A stretch of DNA of 64,000 bases from Acidimicrobiaceae bacterium (GTDB taxonomy: Bacteria; Actinomycetota; Acidimicrobiia; Acidimicrobiales; Ilumatobacteraceae), in NCBI GenBank assembly GCA_947446815.1, contig CANFGT010000008.1:44160-108159 (forward strand). The letters are read 5' to 3'. Positions 16,575 through 26,151 of this stretch are shown one piece after another; position 1 is the stretch's first letter; every line of letters begins with the position of its first letter. The notes under the pieces were generated by a model. That model did no database searches and had not been told where the DNA came from. It was given only the letters and a program-made list of their open reading frames with translations. A program made the position numbers and the translations under genes.

Positions 16575-18179
16575 CTATGAACGATCGGAGCGGCGTGCCT
16601 CTGCTCGCCGTTCAGAATCGAGACGCTCAAGCTCTGGGGCCTCTGTGGTCATGTGAATCATTGCGTCGGCTACCGCATGGTGACCAGCTTTTTCTGCAAT
16701 GAGACGGTGCATTTCAAGAGCAACTCGGCGATACGACGGGTGCCCCTGCGGGCTGGAACGCAATTCAAGCATGTGCATTGCTTCGCGTGCATTGAACTGC
16801 ATTGAATACCTGATGCGATACGCCATTGAGACGGCGTATGAGGCTTGGCTTGGATGGTCCCCTACCAAAGCGTCATACAGTGCCGCAGAGCGGTCCATAA
16901 CCTCATTGAAGTCATCAGCCGCACCTGCTGCGTCAACGAGGTCTGGGCGTGAGAAACCGTGATATGGAGTGAGAGGTTGCCACTCGATGGTCAACAAACG
17001 GTGACGCTGCATGTCTCGAAACGCGCCGTAATCGGAAAGAACGTCAAATCTGTAGTCGGTCCGTTCGAAAGCACGACCGGGACGGTGACGACGATTTTCA
17101 CGATGACCGACATAGTTGCGAAGAATCTCACTCTTCTCGGCTGTGGTCATCTTTTCTACTTTGGCAAGAATCTGAGACTCTGGAAGATGTGAGAACGCAT
17201 AACAGGCCGCAGCCACGATCTTGTTTTCACCATCTGGGTCAAAATCCACCAAGCTGACTTCTTCGACATCGGAGGCGATGCTGTCTCCGAATAATGAGTC
17301 CACCAATGAATTCATATTGGAGGTGTTGGTCGAAAGATATTCGGACCATTTGCCACCCCGCTCCACGACGTCGACGCGACGAAGGAAGGAAGGGATGACT
17401 TTTCGAAGCTCGGTCAACATCATGTCCGCATATACACGCGCTTCAGGAAGAGGATGAGCACGCATGCGCAGAAGCAATTGTTCGTATGCCTGGCCACTTC
17501 CGTAAATCCCAACGTTTGACAGTGATGAAGCAGGAAGAAGCCCACGCACTGCATCCAATGCTTTTGCACGTGTGGCCTGTCGATATACGAAGTCACTGTC
17601 CCCTTCGCGCTTCGGAACAGAAGATCGAACATGTTGAGTAACAGTTTCTGCAAGAGAACTATATGAATCAAACATGCGATCCATATCGCCGACATAGCGA
17701 GTTCCGTACTTGCCTTCAAGAAGCTCAGGGTCTCGGTAATAGCGGTAGCGCCCACCAAGGCGCTCGTCATACGAGATGTAACGAGTTGACTGCTCGAGAT
17801 AGCTCATGAGGCGACCCCACTCGAGGATCTTTGTCAAAATATTTGACGCCTGTTCGCAGGCCAAGTGAACTCCACCTAGCTGAGCGACAGAATCGTCGCC
17901 GTATTCAACAAAGACTTTTTCGTACAGAGATTCTGCGCGATCAACACCAACTGTCGCATCGACAGCTTGGTCGCCCTGAATTTCCAAGTCGTTGACAAAC
18001 TCATCCAAGAAAAGTCGCCGCAAACTACGTGGACTACGGCTGTAGCGGGCGAATAACGCGCCTTTCACCACCTCTGGGAGATTGACAAGCGCAAAAACTG
18101 GCTGATCAAGATTGGTGAAATACCGACGCAAAATGTCGGATTCAGAATCAGTAAATTCCTCAGGAACATAGACCGTCAC
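16575..18179 (-). CDS. thyX: FAD-dependent thymidylate synthase ThyX, double-length (two ThyX-like halves)
   Basis: 534 aa. The first half has GRLMSYLEQSTRYISY (the S-x4-S-x-RY part of the ThyX signature) and LLPASS...LRMRAHPLPEAR. The second half has FRDMQRHRLL (RHR) and AREAMHMLELRSSPQGHPSYRRVA. Confidence 0.8.
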   Translation of the reverse strand: MTVYVPEEFTDSESDILRRYFTNLDQPVFALVNLPEVVKGALFARYSRSPRSLRRLFLDEFVNDLEIQGDQAVDATVGVDRAESLYEKVFVEYGDDSVAQLGGVHLACEQASNILTKILEWGRLMSYLEQSTRYISYDERLGGRYRYYRDPELLEGKYGTRYVGDMDRMFDSYSSLAETVTQHVRSSVPKREGDSDFVYRQATRAKALDAVRGLLPASSLSNVGIYGSGQAYEQLLLRMRAHPLPEARVYADMMLTELRKVIPSFLRRVDVVERGGKWSEYLSTNTSNMNSLVDSLFGDSIASDVEEVSLVDFDPDGENKIVAAACYAFSHLPESQILAKVEKMTTAEKSEILRNYVGHRENRRHRPGRAFERTDYRFDVLSDYGAFRDMQRHRLLTIEWQPLTPYHGFSRPDLVDAAGAADDFNEVMDRSAALYDALVGDHPSQASYAVSMAYRIRYSMQFNAREAMHMLELRSSPQGHPSYRRVALEMHRLIAEKAGHHAVADAMIHMTTEAPELERLDSERRAEARRSDRS

Positions 18180-18225
18180 GGTTTTTTAGCCTACGAGGCA
18201 ACCGTGTTCGTCTGAGGGATACCGA

Positions 18226-19425
18226 CTACAGCACACCCTTGTCAGCATTGGTCTGCGCGAACTCTTTCGAAATTGCTGCTTGTTGTTCTGAAGAGGTCCA
18301 GTAATCAATGGCGGTCATAGCCATGGACTTGGCACCATCAATAACCGCACGGTCGGCCATTGGAGTGATGGATGCGAGTTCAAAGGCAACGGTGTGTATG
18401 GAAGTCCCCAATGGAGCCGAGGCAATCATCGGATGAATGGACGGCACCAGATGGCTGATGTTCCCCATATCGGTACTTCCCACCACTCTCCTTCCATTGG
18501 TTCCTGGCACTGTGACACTCCTACCAAGGGCGGCAGCATTGGCGATATACATCGCCGACATGTTGTTGTTCGTCACCATGTCGGCATACGGGTTCCCATC
18601 CCATTCGTGACGGACTGAGCAACCACAAGCGTGGGCGCCAGATTCAAGAGCAGCGAGTACGCGAGGTTTCAATTGATTGAGCGAATCCATGGTGTCGGAC
18701 CTCACGTACCACTCGGTGGCTGTCTCGTGGGGAACGATATTTGGCTTGCTTCCACCTTTGGTGAAGATGCCATGCACTCGCTCTGTTGGAAGAATATGTT
18801 GACGAAGCGTTGCGACCGCCATGTATCCCAAGACGGCCGCGTCTAACGCGTTTCTCCCCTTCTCAGGAGCTGCTGCAGCGTGTGCTGCCTGACCGGAATA
18901 CTCAACCAATAATTGCTGCAAGGCGATGGCGTCAATGGTGGTCAAGTCTGCATCAGCTGAATGCACCATCATTGCGACGTCGACTCCGTCGAGCGCTCCA
19001 TGACGAGCCATCACTAATTTGCCGCCACCGCCCTCTTCGGCGGGCGTGCCCAAATACCGAATACGACCACCAGCATCGTCAGCGACGTGTGAGAGCGCAA
19101 TTGCTGCCCCAAGTCCAGCGGTCGCGATGATGTTGTGCCCACAGCCATGGCCGATATCGGGAAGTGCGTCATATTCGCTCATGATGCACACGGTGGGTCC
19201 ACTGCCGACTTCTCCGGCAAACCCAGTTTCACATCCGAATACGTTCTTCTCGACCGGCATTCCGTATTTATTGGAAATTGTGGTGAGAAGTTCGGCAGCG
19301 AAATGTTCTTCAAAGTTCAATTCGGGTCGTGCATGGATTGCGTGACTTGCTTCAATTAGTTCTTGAGCAATTGCGTCGATGCGATCACATGCGCGTGTCT
19401 TCAATTCTTGAATTGGAGTATTCAC
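18226..19425 (-). CDS. M20-family amidohydrolase (AbgB / M20D-like)
   Basis: MSEYDALPDIGHGCGHNIIATAG...GTPAEEGGGGK. GTG start overlaps the upstream stop (GTGA). Confidence 0.8.
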   Translation of the reverse strand: MNTPIQELKTRACDRIDAIAQELIEASHAIHARPELNFEEHFAAELLTTISNKYGMPVEKNVFGCETGFAGEVGSGPTVCIMSEYDALPDIGHGCGHNIIATAGLGAAIALSHVADDAGGRIRYLGTPAEEGGGGKLVMARHGALDGVDVAMMVHSADADLTTIDAIALQQLLVEYSGQAAHAAAAPEKGRNALDAAVLGYMAVATLRQHILPTERVHGIFTKGGSKPNIVPHETATEWYVRSDTMDSLNQLKPRVLAALESGAHACGCSVRHEWDGNPYADMVTNNNMSAMYIANAAALGRSVTVPGTNGRRVVGSTDMGNISHLVPSIHPMIASAPLGTSIHTVAFELASITPMADRAVIDGAKSMAMTAIDYWTSSEQQAAISKEFAQTNADKGVL

Positions 19426-20417
19426 GCAGAATCTCCGTGGCGCAGGACGATTTTGCCCAGTTGTTCGCCGCGTTCAAGTTTGGACAATGCAGTTTCATAA
19501 TCAGCGAGTGGATGAACAGAGTCAATGGCGATGGGCAAGCCTTGTTCAACTAGCAATAACAGTTGTTCAAACTCTTCGTAGCTACCCATCGACGAACCAA
19601 TAATTTCGTACTGCTTAAAAAACAAGCGGGGAATATTGATTTCTGCTTTGGGTCCAGATGTGCCACCACACACCACCATACGCCCGCCGGGAGCGAGAGA
19701 CCTCATGGACTTGTCCCACGTTGCAGGACCAACACTTTCTACGACGACATCGGCTTCCACGTTCCATCTGTCGGCAGATGTGTCAATGGATTCGTCTGCA
19801 CCCATCGCGATTGCTTGACTTCTCTTCGACTCATCTCGACTTGTCACGATTACTCGTGCACCCATCCATTTAGCAATAGAAAGTGCAGCACTGGAAACAC
19901 CGGATCCCACACCAACAATGAGTGCGGTCTCTCCGGATTGCAAGCGCGCGCGATTCAGCATTCGAAGAGCTGTGAGATAAGCCAGTGGGAATGCCGCGCA
20001 TTCCTCCCATGACCTGTTGGAGGGACGAGGTCGTACGTTGCGAGCGGGGGCAATTGCATATGTTGCATGACCGCCCTTGCAATGCTCGCCCCAAATCATG
20101 AAGCCAGGCCCCATCGGTGAATTGTTGCCATAGCGGATGATTTCATCAACGGGAGACACGCCGGGGTTGACAACGACTTCATCACCGACTGAAACGCTCG
20201 TGACTTCAGAACCAATTGCGTCTACGACGCCAGTGGTATCGCATCCCGGAATGTGCGGTAGCGGAGGCTTCGGCATCCCACGAGTCACCCAGAGGTCCAT
20301 GTGGTTGAGGGCGCTTGCAACGACCCGAATTCGAACTTCGTCCGGTCCGGGAATGGGATCTGGCTGAGAACCCCAGGTGTAGGCGCCGGGTGATTCGTTG
20401 AGGATCCATGCATGCAT
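19422..20417 (-). CDS. zinc-binding alcohol dehydrogenase / quinone oxidoreductase (MDR) family
   Basis: ALNHMDLWVTRG...PHIPGCDTTGVV...VGVGSGVSSAALSIAKWMGARV (Rossmann fold). Confidence 0.85.
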   Translation of the reverse strand: MHAWILNESPGAYTWGSQPDPIPGPDEVRIRVVASALNHMDLWVTRGMPKPPLPHIPGCDTTGVVDAIGSEVTSVSVGDEVVVNPGVSPVDEIIRYGNNSPMGPGFMIWGEHCKGGHATYAIAPARNVRPRPSNRSWEECAAFPLAYLTALRMLNRARLQSGETALIVGVGSGVSSAALSIAKWMGARVIVTSRDESKRSQAIAMGADESIDTSADRWNVEADVVVESVGPATWDKSMRSLAPGGRMVVCGGTSGPKAEINIPRLFFKQYEIIGSSMGSYEEFEQLLLLVEQGLPIAIDSVHPLADYETALSKLERGEQLGKIVLRHGDSA

Positions 20418-20434
20418 GGTGCAACCGTAGGTGA

Positions 20435-21052
20435 CTAGACGACGATGTTCCAGTAATCCGGAAGAACAGAGACCCGAATCTTTACCCAGGATGGAATTTT
20501 CGTGTGGTCTAACTGGAGATCTTCTGATTCACCAAGATTTTCGAACTCAAACATCGTTCCTCGAGCAGTTGTGATGTTCGGATGCGGAATGTGCGTTCCC
20601 GTCTCAGCTTTTTTATTGGCCACAAGGCGATTGCGAATGGTCATCGATGAGGCAACCTCCAGTACATCCATCACTCCATCGTTTGGATGCGCGCGAGGCA
20701 GCAAGTTCCGACCTTTTACGAGCCCGGCATTGCTGACGCAGACATATCGGTGTTGCCGACCAAGTCGAGGTCTGAAGAATCCGATTTCGATACATGATGC
20801 GACACGTTGGATCACAACGGTGCCGTCGGGAAGAAATACCTCGCACTGCAATGCATCGACAGAGACAAGAGTGCACGTGGATCCTGGCGCTGCAATCGCA
20901 GGACAACCAAGAGTCTCATAGAGGTCTCCCCCTGTAACAATCATCGTTTCACCGGCTTCCATCGTTGCAATATCTGCATCACTACCGAGGTGGGTGACTA
21001 CGGATGGCGCTGTGAAGGGCGTTCCCCATTCTTCACCGCGTTTGATGGTCAC
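20435..21052 (-). CDS. hypothetical protein, weakly lipid-kinase (DAGK/YegS) C-terminal-domain-like
   Basis: 205 aa. IVTGGDLYE (a degenerate GGDG?) and PRAHPNDGVMDVLEV resemble diacylglycerol-kinase-fold motifs. GTG start overlaps the helY stop (GTGA). Confidence 0.6.
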   Translation of the reverse strand: MTIKRGEEWGTPFTAPSVVTHLGSDADIATMEAGETMIVTGGDLYETLGCPAIAAPGSTCTLVSVDALQCEVFLPDGTVVIQRVASCIEIGFFRPRLGRQHRYVCVSNAGLVKGRNLLPRAHPNDGVMDVLEVASSMTIRNRLVANKKAETGTHIPHPNITTARGTMFEFENLGESEDLQLDHTKIPSWVKIRVSVLPDYWNIVV

Positions 21053-23601
21053 GCCGCTGAACCACCCTGAGCGGCAGCAACCACTCCCCGATTAATTGCT
21101 CGGGCTGCATCTTCCGCAACTGAACGAAGAGAATCATTGTGTGTCGTCGTAGCAATCTGTCGAAGCAGATCAATCAGTTGCCGCATGTTTCGAACAAAGT
21201 CGCCTGGAGTCAATTCAGGATCAAGAATGCGAGAGAGCGGCTTGCCAGATGACCAACCGGCAGTCTCATGCGCTAGCCCACCATTCGGTGGACGATGAAT
21301 ATGCATGCCTCGTTGTCGCTGAGCTTCCTGCAAAGACTCGCTGATTTTTTCAATGCGCTTGAATCTCTGGCGCACAAGATCTGAGGGCCAGCGCGTCGGA
21401 CCGCCATTGTCCCCTCCACGAGGCTCATAAATCAATGTGGACAACACCGCTACCAAATCATTCACCGAGAGATTGTCCAGAACCCCCCGATTCATCACTT
21501 CGACGACAAGGAGATCAGATTCATGGAAAATTCCGGCGAGGGTTTGTCCTTTCTCCGTCAGAGTCCAATCATCGATGTAACCCAGATCTTCCAAAAGTTC
21601 GACTACATCCATAAATCGAGCGCCGACGGAACCAGCGCGATTGCGTGAACCATCTTTCATTTGCTCAATTTCTTTTCGAAGCCGACGGATATTTTTAGAT
21701 GAGATTGGTGACTCTGTAACTCGCGGACCGGTGCGCTCTTCAATTGTGCGGCCCATTGTTTCGTCTATGCGTGCCTTCACGAGTCGAGCAGATGCTTCTT
21801 TGATGAATTCTGTGCGGGCGGGCTCGAAAGGAACAGGTAGATCAACACGCCCGCCACGAGCTGGTACCGAGCGGAGATCTTTTGCCATGACATCAACGAT
21901 TTTTCGGGTCGGAGTGACGACAGTAAGTCGGATTCCGGATCGTCTTGCCGCAGTTGCAAGAACCAATCCGCGACCCCGGATATTCGCTGCATCAAACATC
22001 ACGATGTCGCCAGGACGCAGACCACGAAGAGCGATTTCCACTTCAACATTCGATGCGAGAAAATCTTTCTCCGTTGGGTCAATATCTTCTTTTGAGATCT
22101 CCTCATGAATCTTTTCAAGTAGTGCAAGTTCCCTGCGACGCTTCTCCAATGTTGCCTCTGAGGTAACAACATCTCTGTCTGCTTGGAACTGGGCAAAGGA
22201 GAGATTCAGGATGTGATGAGCGCCATCAGTGGAGTGACGCCGCACCATGTTGACGGCCATGTTGAAAGTGGGTCTGAATGCTGAAGAAAGACGGAAACTT
22301 CTGCTGAGTGCTAATCCCACAACTTGATCAAAATTGACGAAAGGGTTCCACAATGAAATCGCATGACCAATGTCATCGAGGCCGCGACGCCCTGCACGAC
22401 CGGTGAGCTGAGTGAACTCAGATGCCCGCAAGAGTTGGTGATGCTCTCCCGTGTACTTAGTCAACTTTTCGATCACAACTGCTCTCGCTGGCATGTTGAT
22501 ACCCACGGCAAGAGTCTCTGTTGCAAAAACAACTTTCACGAGGCCCTTTACGAAACACTCCTCCACAGCCTCTTTGAACATTGGAATCATGCCAGCGTGA
22601 TGACATGAGATACCCGTGCCGATGTCATCTAGGAAAAAGTGATACTCGAGAGCGTTTCTGTCGTCTTCCGTCAATGATTCACAATGACGTTCCACGATTT
22701 CGCGAATTTGGTTTTCCTCTTCCACACTCGTCAGAACCATGCCGGCTCTCATACACGATGACACTGCGTCCTCGCATTGTGCGCGAGAGAAAATAAACAC
22801 GATGGCAGGCAACATTTGTTTATCTTCAAGAAGTTCAATGATTTCTGGCCGAGTGGGCGGTGAAAATCGACGAGATTTTTTATGCCCTCCACTTCCCTTT
22901 TGTGGACCGGGCCGACCCCCCGCCAGCATCCTTTGCACGTGTGCGTTTGCTTCACCATTGATGACCGTGTGATACATCTCGGTTCGGTCAGAAGCATTGT
23001 CGTGTAGTGCAAAATGATGGACAAGTTCAATCGGGCGTGTTGTCTCGACTACGACGTCAGTCCGTCCGCGAACCGTTGATAGCCATTCACCGACTTCGTC
23101 AGCATTAGAGACAGTTGCTGAGAGACATACGAGTTGCACCTCGGGGTCAAGTTGAATAATGACCTCTTCCCATACAGGACCGCGATATGTGTCTTGTAGA
23201 TAATGAACTTCATCCAAAACAACGACACCAAGATTGTCGAGCCGAGACGATGATGCATAGATCATGTTTCGCAAAACTTCCGTGGTCATAACCACAACGG
23301 GTGCCTCAGCGTTGATGGCATTGTCCCCGGTGATGAGCCCGACGTTGTGTGCACCGTATAACTCGCCCAAATCGCGAAACTTTTGATTCGACAGCGCCTT
23401 GATAGGTGTCGTGTAGAAAGCGCGTAGTCCTGCACCACGTGCACGCGCGATGCCGTATTCGGCGATCAGAGTCTTGCCTGACCCTGTCGGGGCCGCCACC
23501 AAAACTGATGCATCAGCATCGATGGAGTCCATGGCTTTCACCTGAAATCCATCTGGTTGATACGTCAACGACGCAAGAAATTTTTCTCTTACCGGGTTCA
23601 T
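21049..23601 (-). CDS. helY: DEAD/DEAH-box (Ski2-like) RNA helicase HelY
   Basis: APTGSGKT (motif I), VVLDEVHY (DEVH), SAT, and HHAGM...TETLAVGINMPAR. ATG 23601 overlaps the tatC stop (ATGA). Confidence 0.85.
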   Translation of the reverse strand: MNPVREKFLASLTYQPDGFQVKAMDSIDADASVLVAAPTGSGKTLIAEYGIARARGAGLRAFYTTPIKALSNQKFRDLGELYGAHNVGLITGDNAINAEAPVVVMTTEVLRNMIYASSSRLDNLGVVVLDEVHYLQDTYRGPVWEEVIIQLDPEVQLVCLSATVSNADEVGEWLSTVRGRTDVVVETTRPIELVHHFALHDNASDRTEMYHTVINGEANAHVQRMLAGGRPGPQKGSGGHKKSRRFSPPTRPEIIELLEDKQMLPAIVFIFSRAQCEDAVSSCMRAGMVLTSVEEENQIREIVERHCESLTEDDRNALEYHFFLDDIGTGISCHHAGMIPMFKEAVEECFVKGLVKVVFATETLAVGINMPARAVVIEKLTKYTGEHHQLLRASEFTQLTGRAGRRGLDDIGHAISLWNPFVNFDQVVGLALSRSFRLSSAFRPTFNMAVNMVRRHSTDGAHHILNLSFAQFQADRDVVTSEATLEKRRRELALLEKIHEEISKEDIDPTEKDFLASNVEVEIALRGLRPGDIVMFDAANIRGRGLVLATAARRSGIRLTVVTPTRKIVDVMAKDLRSVPARGGRVDLPVPFEPARTEFIKEASARLVKARIDETMGRTIEERTGPRVTESPISSKNIRRLRKEIEQMKDGSRNRAGSVGARFMDVVELLEDLGYIDDWTLTEKGQTLAGIFHESDLLVVEVMNRGVLDNLSVNDLVAVLSTLIYEPRGGDNGGPTRWPSDLVRQRFKRIEKISESLQEAQRQRGMHIHRPPNGGLAHETAGWSSGKPLSRILDPELTPGDFVRNMRQLIDLLRQIATTTHNDSLRSVAEDAARAINRGVVAAAQGGSAA

Positions 23602-24371
23602 GAATCGGCCACTACTCGACGGCGTGTCAAGAGCCAACCGACAAGAACTGCAACGAGGTAGAGAAAAGTTAAAGGTATGGCAAGCGCCAGCATGCTGATC
23701 GGATCACCCGAGGGGGTGATGACGGCGGCGGCGATGAATATTCCCATGACGGCATAACGCCATTGTTTGATCAATGTTCGCGGTGTGACAGCGTTTGCTA
23801 GTTGGAGAAAGACCAAGAGGACGGGGCTGAGAAAACCGATTCCGAACGCCAGCATCATGAGAACGACAAGCGAAATATATTTTGTGACTTGATAGGCCTG
23901 TGTTACTTCAGTGCCAGACCAAGAGATCAAGAACTCAAGGGCCTTATCAAGTGTCCAGTACGCGAGCGCACAGCCAACACTGAAAAGAAACACTGAAGAG
24001 GCAATGAACGGAACTGCATAACGCTTTTCTTTTTTGGAAAGAGCGGGAACGATAAATCGCCAGATCTGCCACAAAACAACAGGCAGAGCCAAAATAAGTC
24101 CGCCATAAGCGCACACTCTCATGCGAGCGGCAAATCCATCTAGTGGTCCAAGCGAGAACAGTGAACCATCACATTTAAAGTCTGGTCGCTGTTTACAAAG
24201 TTCGCGGTAGGGCTTTGTAAGAAAGTTTTTTACTGGGTCGTACACGGCAAGTATGACGATTGTTCCGATGGTGATTGCCAGCAAACTTCGCACAATTCGC
24301 ATGCGCAACTCGCGAAGGTGCTCCATGATGGGCATGGAGGTGTCGCTGTGATGAACTTCCTGCTCAGACAT
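23598..24371 (-). CDS. tatC: twin-arginine translocase subunit TatC
   Basis: MPIMEHLRELRMRIVRSLL..., six predicted TM segments, and a position between tatA and helY. Confidence 0.9.
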   Translation of the reverse strand: MSEQEVHHSDTSMPIMEHLRELRMRIVRSLLAITIGTIVILAVYDPVKNFLTKPYRELCKQRPDFKCDGSLFSLGPLDGFAARMRVCAYGGLILALPVVLWQIWRFIVPALSKKEKRYAVPFIASSVFLFSVGCALAYWTLDKALEFLISWSGTEVTQAYQVTKYISLVVLMMLAFGIGFLSPVLLVFLQLANAVTPRTLIKQWRYAVMGIFIAAAVITPSGDPISMLALAIPLTFLYLVAVLVGWLLTRRRVVADS

Positions 24372-24699
24372 CAGGATTCTCCGAATGCGGGTTCATAGAT
24401 TCTGTAAGTTCATCGTCGTCGGACGTCAGCGGAGTCGACATTTCGGGTCGCATCGGTGGTGAAGGTTCAGTGTCCACTTCCCCAAAACCGCTTTGGATAG
24501 ATTCCGCTGTAGCGCGAAGGTCTCGCAATGGCTCTTCGAATGTTCCTCTTAGTTCTTTTTCAAGTCCCTGGGTGGTGCGCCGAATGTCGCCGTAGACCTT
24601 CCCCACTTGGCGAATGACCCCTGGCAAACGTTCCGGTCCAAGGACAACAAGTCCAGCAAGGAGCAAGAAAATAATCTCGCTTCCGGACAGATTGAACAT
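24364..24699 (-). CDS. tatA: twin-arginine translocase subunit TatA/E
   Basis: MFNLSGSEIIFLLLAGLVVLGPERLPGVIRQVGKVYGDIRR has the canonical TM plus amphipathic helix. The internal ATG at 24699 was checked in the sequence. Overlaps the tatC start by 8 nt. Confidence 0.85.
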   Translation of the reverse strand: MFNLSGSEIIFLLLAGLVVLGPERLPGVIRQVGKVYGDIRRTTQGLEKELRGTFEEPLRDLRATAESIQSGFGEVDTEPSPPMRPEMSTPLTSDDDELTESMNPHSENPDV

Positions 24700-24735
24700 C
24701 CGTCCATTGTAGAACCGTCCATCTAGTCTTGATGT

Positions 24736-25464
24736 GTGCAGCAACGTCTCCCCTCGCTTGTTGATGAGCCCATTGCCTTTGCGCACCGAGGTGCCCGTGC
24801 TCATGCCCGAGAAAACACCCTCGATGCATTTCAACTCGCACTGCGCTTGGGCGCAAACGGCTTGGAGTCTGATGTGTGGTTGACTCAGGACAATGTTGTT
24901 GTGATGGACCACGATGGCGTTGTTCGTGTGCGGGGACGTCGTCGACCTATCTCAGAAGTTTCGCGAGACAAGCTCCCTTCGCATATTCCATCTGTCTCAG
25001 AATTCTTGGAAGCATGTGGAACAGACTTTGGTCTCAGCATTGACATCAAAGATGATCAATCAACTGACGGGCTCGTTAGAGCTTGTCGTGAAGCTAATTA
25101 TGATCTTTCACGGCTATACGTCTGCCACTGGCGAAGCGCTGAAGCGATATCCATTCGAGAGCGTCACCCGGACATCAAAGTGGTGAACTCAACGCGGATT
25201 CAACGATTGAAAGATGGGCCTGAGAAGCGTGCAGCCTTGCTTGCGGATAAGGGCATTGACGTTCTCAATATGCACATCACAGACTGGAATGGAGGTCTCG
25301 TGACGTTGATGCACAAGTTCAACATTCAAGCCTTCGGCTGGGATGCTCAATTTCCTGAGGCGTTAAGCAACGGTTTGCGGATGGGATTAGATGCCATTTA
25401 CAGCGATCATGTTGACCGAATGATTGAGGTCTATGACAAAGAAATCGGGCATCCGCCTCGATAG
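24736..25464 (+). CDS. glycerophosphodiester phosphodiesterase family protein
   Basis: IAFAHRGARAHARENTLDAFQLALRLGANGLESDVWLTQDNVVVMDHD matches the GDPD HR...E..D..H motifs. GTG start. Confidence 0.8.
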   Translation: MQQRLPSLVDEPIAFAHRGARAHARENTLDAFQLALRLGANGLESDVWLTQDNVVVMDHDGVVRVRGRRRPISEVSRDKLPSHIPSVSEFLEACGTDFGLSIDIKDDQSTDGLVRACREANYDLSRLYVCHWRSAEAISIRERHPDIKVVNSTRIQRLKDGPEKRAALLADKGIDVLNMHITDWNGGLVTLMHKFNIQAFGWDAQFPEALSNGLRMGLDAIYSDHVDRMIEVYDKEIGHPPR

Positions 25465-25479
25465 TGAGGCTTTGCAGCC

Positions 25480-26091
25480 TTAGAGCATTGCGATGCGACT
25501 GAATGGCCACACGATGGCAAAAGCACGACCGATAACCAGGTTTTTCGGAATTGTTCCGAAACTTCTACTGTCGAAAGATTCTGGGCGATTATCGCCCATG
25601 ACAAACAGTTGATTCTTGGGAACCGTGATGGGTGGGCTATCAACGACACGACAACGGTCTGTGAGATTGGTGCGCGCCAAAACTGTTTTGTCGAGATACG
25701 GCTCACTAATCGCTTTTGAGTTCACATACACCAGGCACTGCTTTATCTCGACCGTGTCTCCAGCGAGTCCGATGACACGCTTAATGAGGTCGTCATGTGC
25801 GATCACACCTCCACTTGCCGTGATGCGATCAAATACGACCACATCACCGTGATGAATGTCGTGCAATCGATAACTCATCTTGTTGACGAGGACTCTGTTG
25901 TTCTCAAACAACGTGGACTCCATAGACGGACCACTGATGTAGAACTGCTGAAGAACATAGACACGAACAAGAAAAGCTGCGCCAAGTGCGATGGCTACAA
26001 CGATGATCCAATCGCGCAGCACTCGCCCTGGTGTTGGGACCACCGTGGAATCAGATTCCACTTCTTCTATCTCGATGCTGGCGTCATCCAT
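25480..26091 (-). CDS. lepB: signal peptidase I
   Basis: TM anchor, catalytic Ser box ISGPSMESTL, Lys box LIKRVIGLAGD, and GDNRPESFDSR. Confidence 0.85.
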   Translation of the reverse strand: MDDASIEIEEVESDSTVVPTPGRVLRDWIIVVAIALGAAFLVRVYVLQQFYISGPSMESTLFENNRVLVNKMSYRLHDIHHGDVVVFDRITASGGVIAHDDLIKRVIGLAGDTVEIKQCLVYVNSKAISEPYLDKTVLARTNLTDRCRVVDSPPITVPKNQLFVMGDNRPESFDSRSFGTIPKNLVIGRAFAIVWPFSRIAML

Positions 26092-26137
26092 GAGATACCA
26101 AACCTACTTGCGAAGACGGCTCGATGGGTCCACCCCA

Positions 26138-26151
26138 TGTGACAGGTCACA
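26138..26151. promoter_or_regulatory. palindrome TGTGACAGGTCACA nested inside a GGGTC...GACCC stem (26126-26157)
   Basis: Perfect 6-bp arms with a 2-nt spacer, in the 179-nt divergent lepB/ferredoxin intergenic region. Confidence 0.35.

Noticed and set aside
15744-16702. Three long plus-strand ORFs (250, 247 and 205 aa) across the GNAT/DUF4193 region.
   Set aside because: They are antisense or shifted readings of the GAT/GAA/GAC-rich acidic tract. This gives Ser/Arg/His-rich low-complexity translations (SSSSSS, RRHRG). The minus-strand genes have a Shine-Dalgarno sequence and recognisable motifs.
24700-24912. 71-codon N-terminal extension of the tatA ORF.
   Set aside because: It overlaps the divergent GDPD gene. 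The canonical TatA N-terminus (MFNLSG, TM, GPERLP) starts at the internal ATG at 24699.
26138-26151. TGTGACAGGTCACA as a CRP/GlxR binding site.
   Set aside because: The half-sites TGTGA/TCACA are separated by 4 nt, not the canonical 6 nt. It is kept only as an unassigned palindrome.
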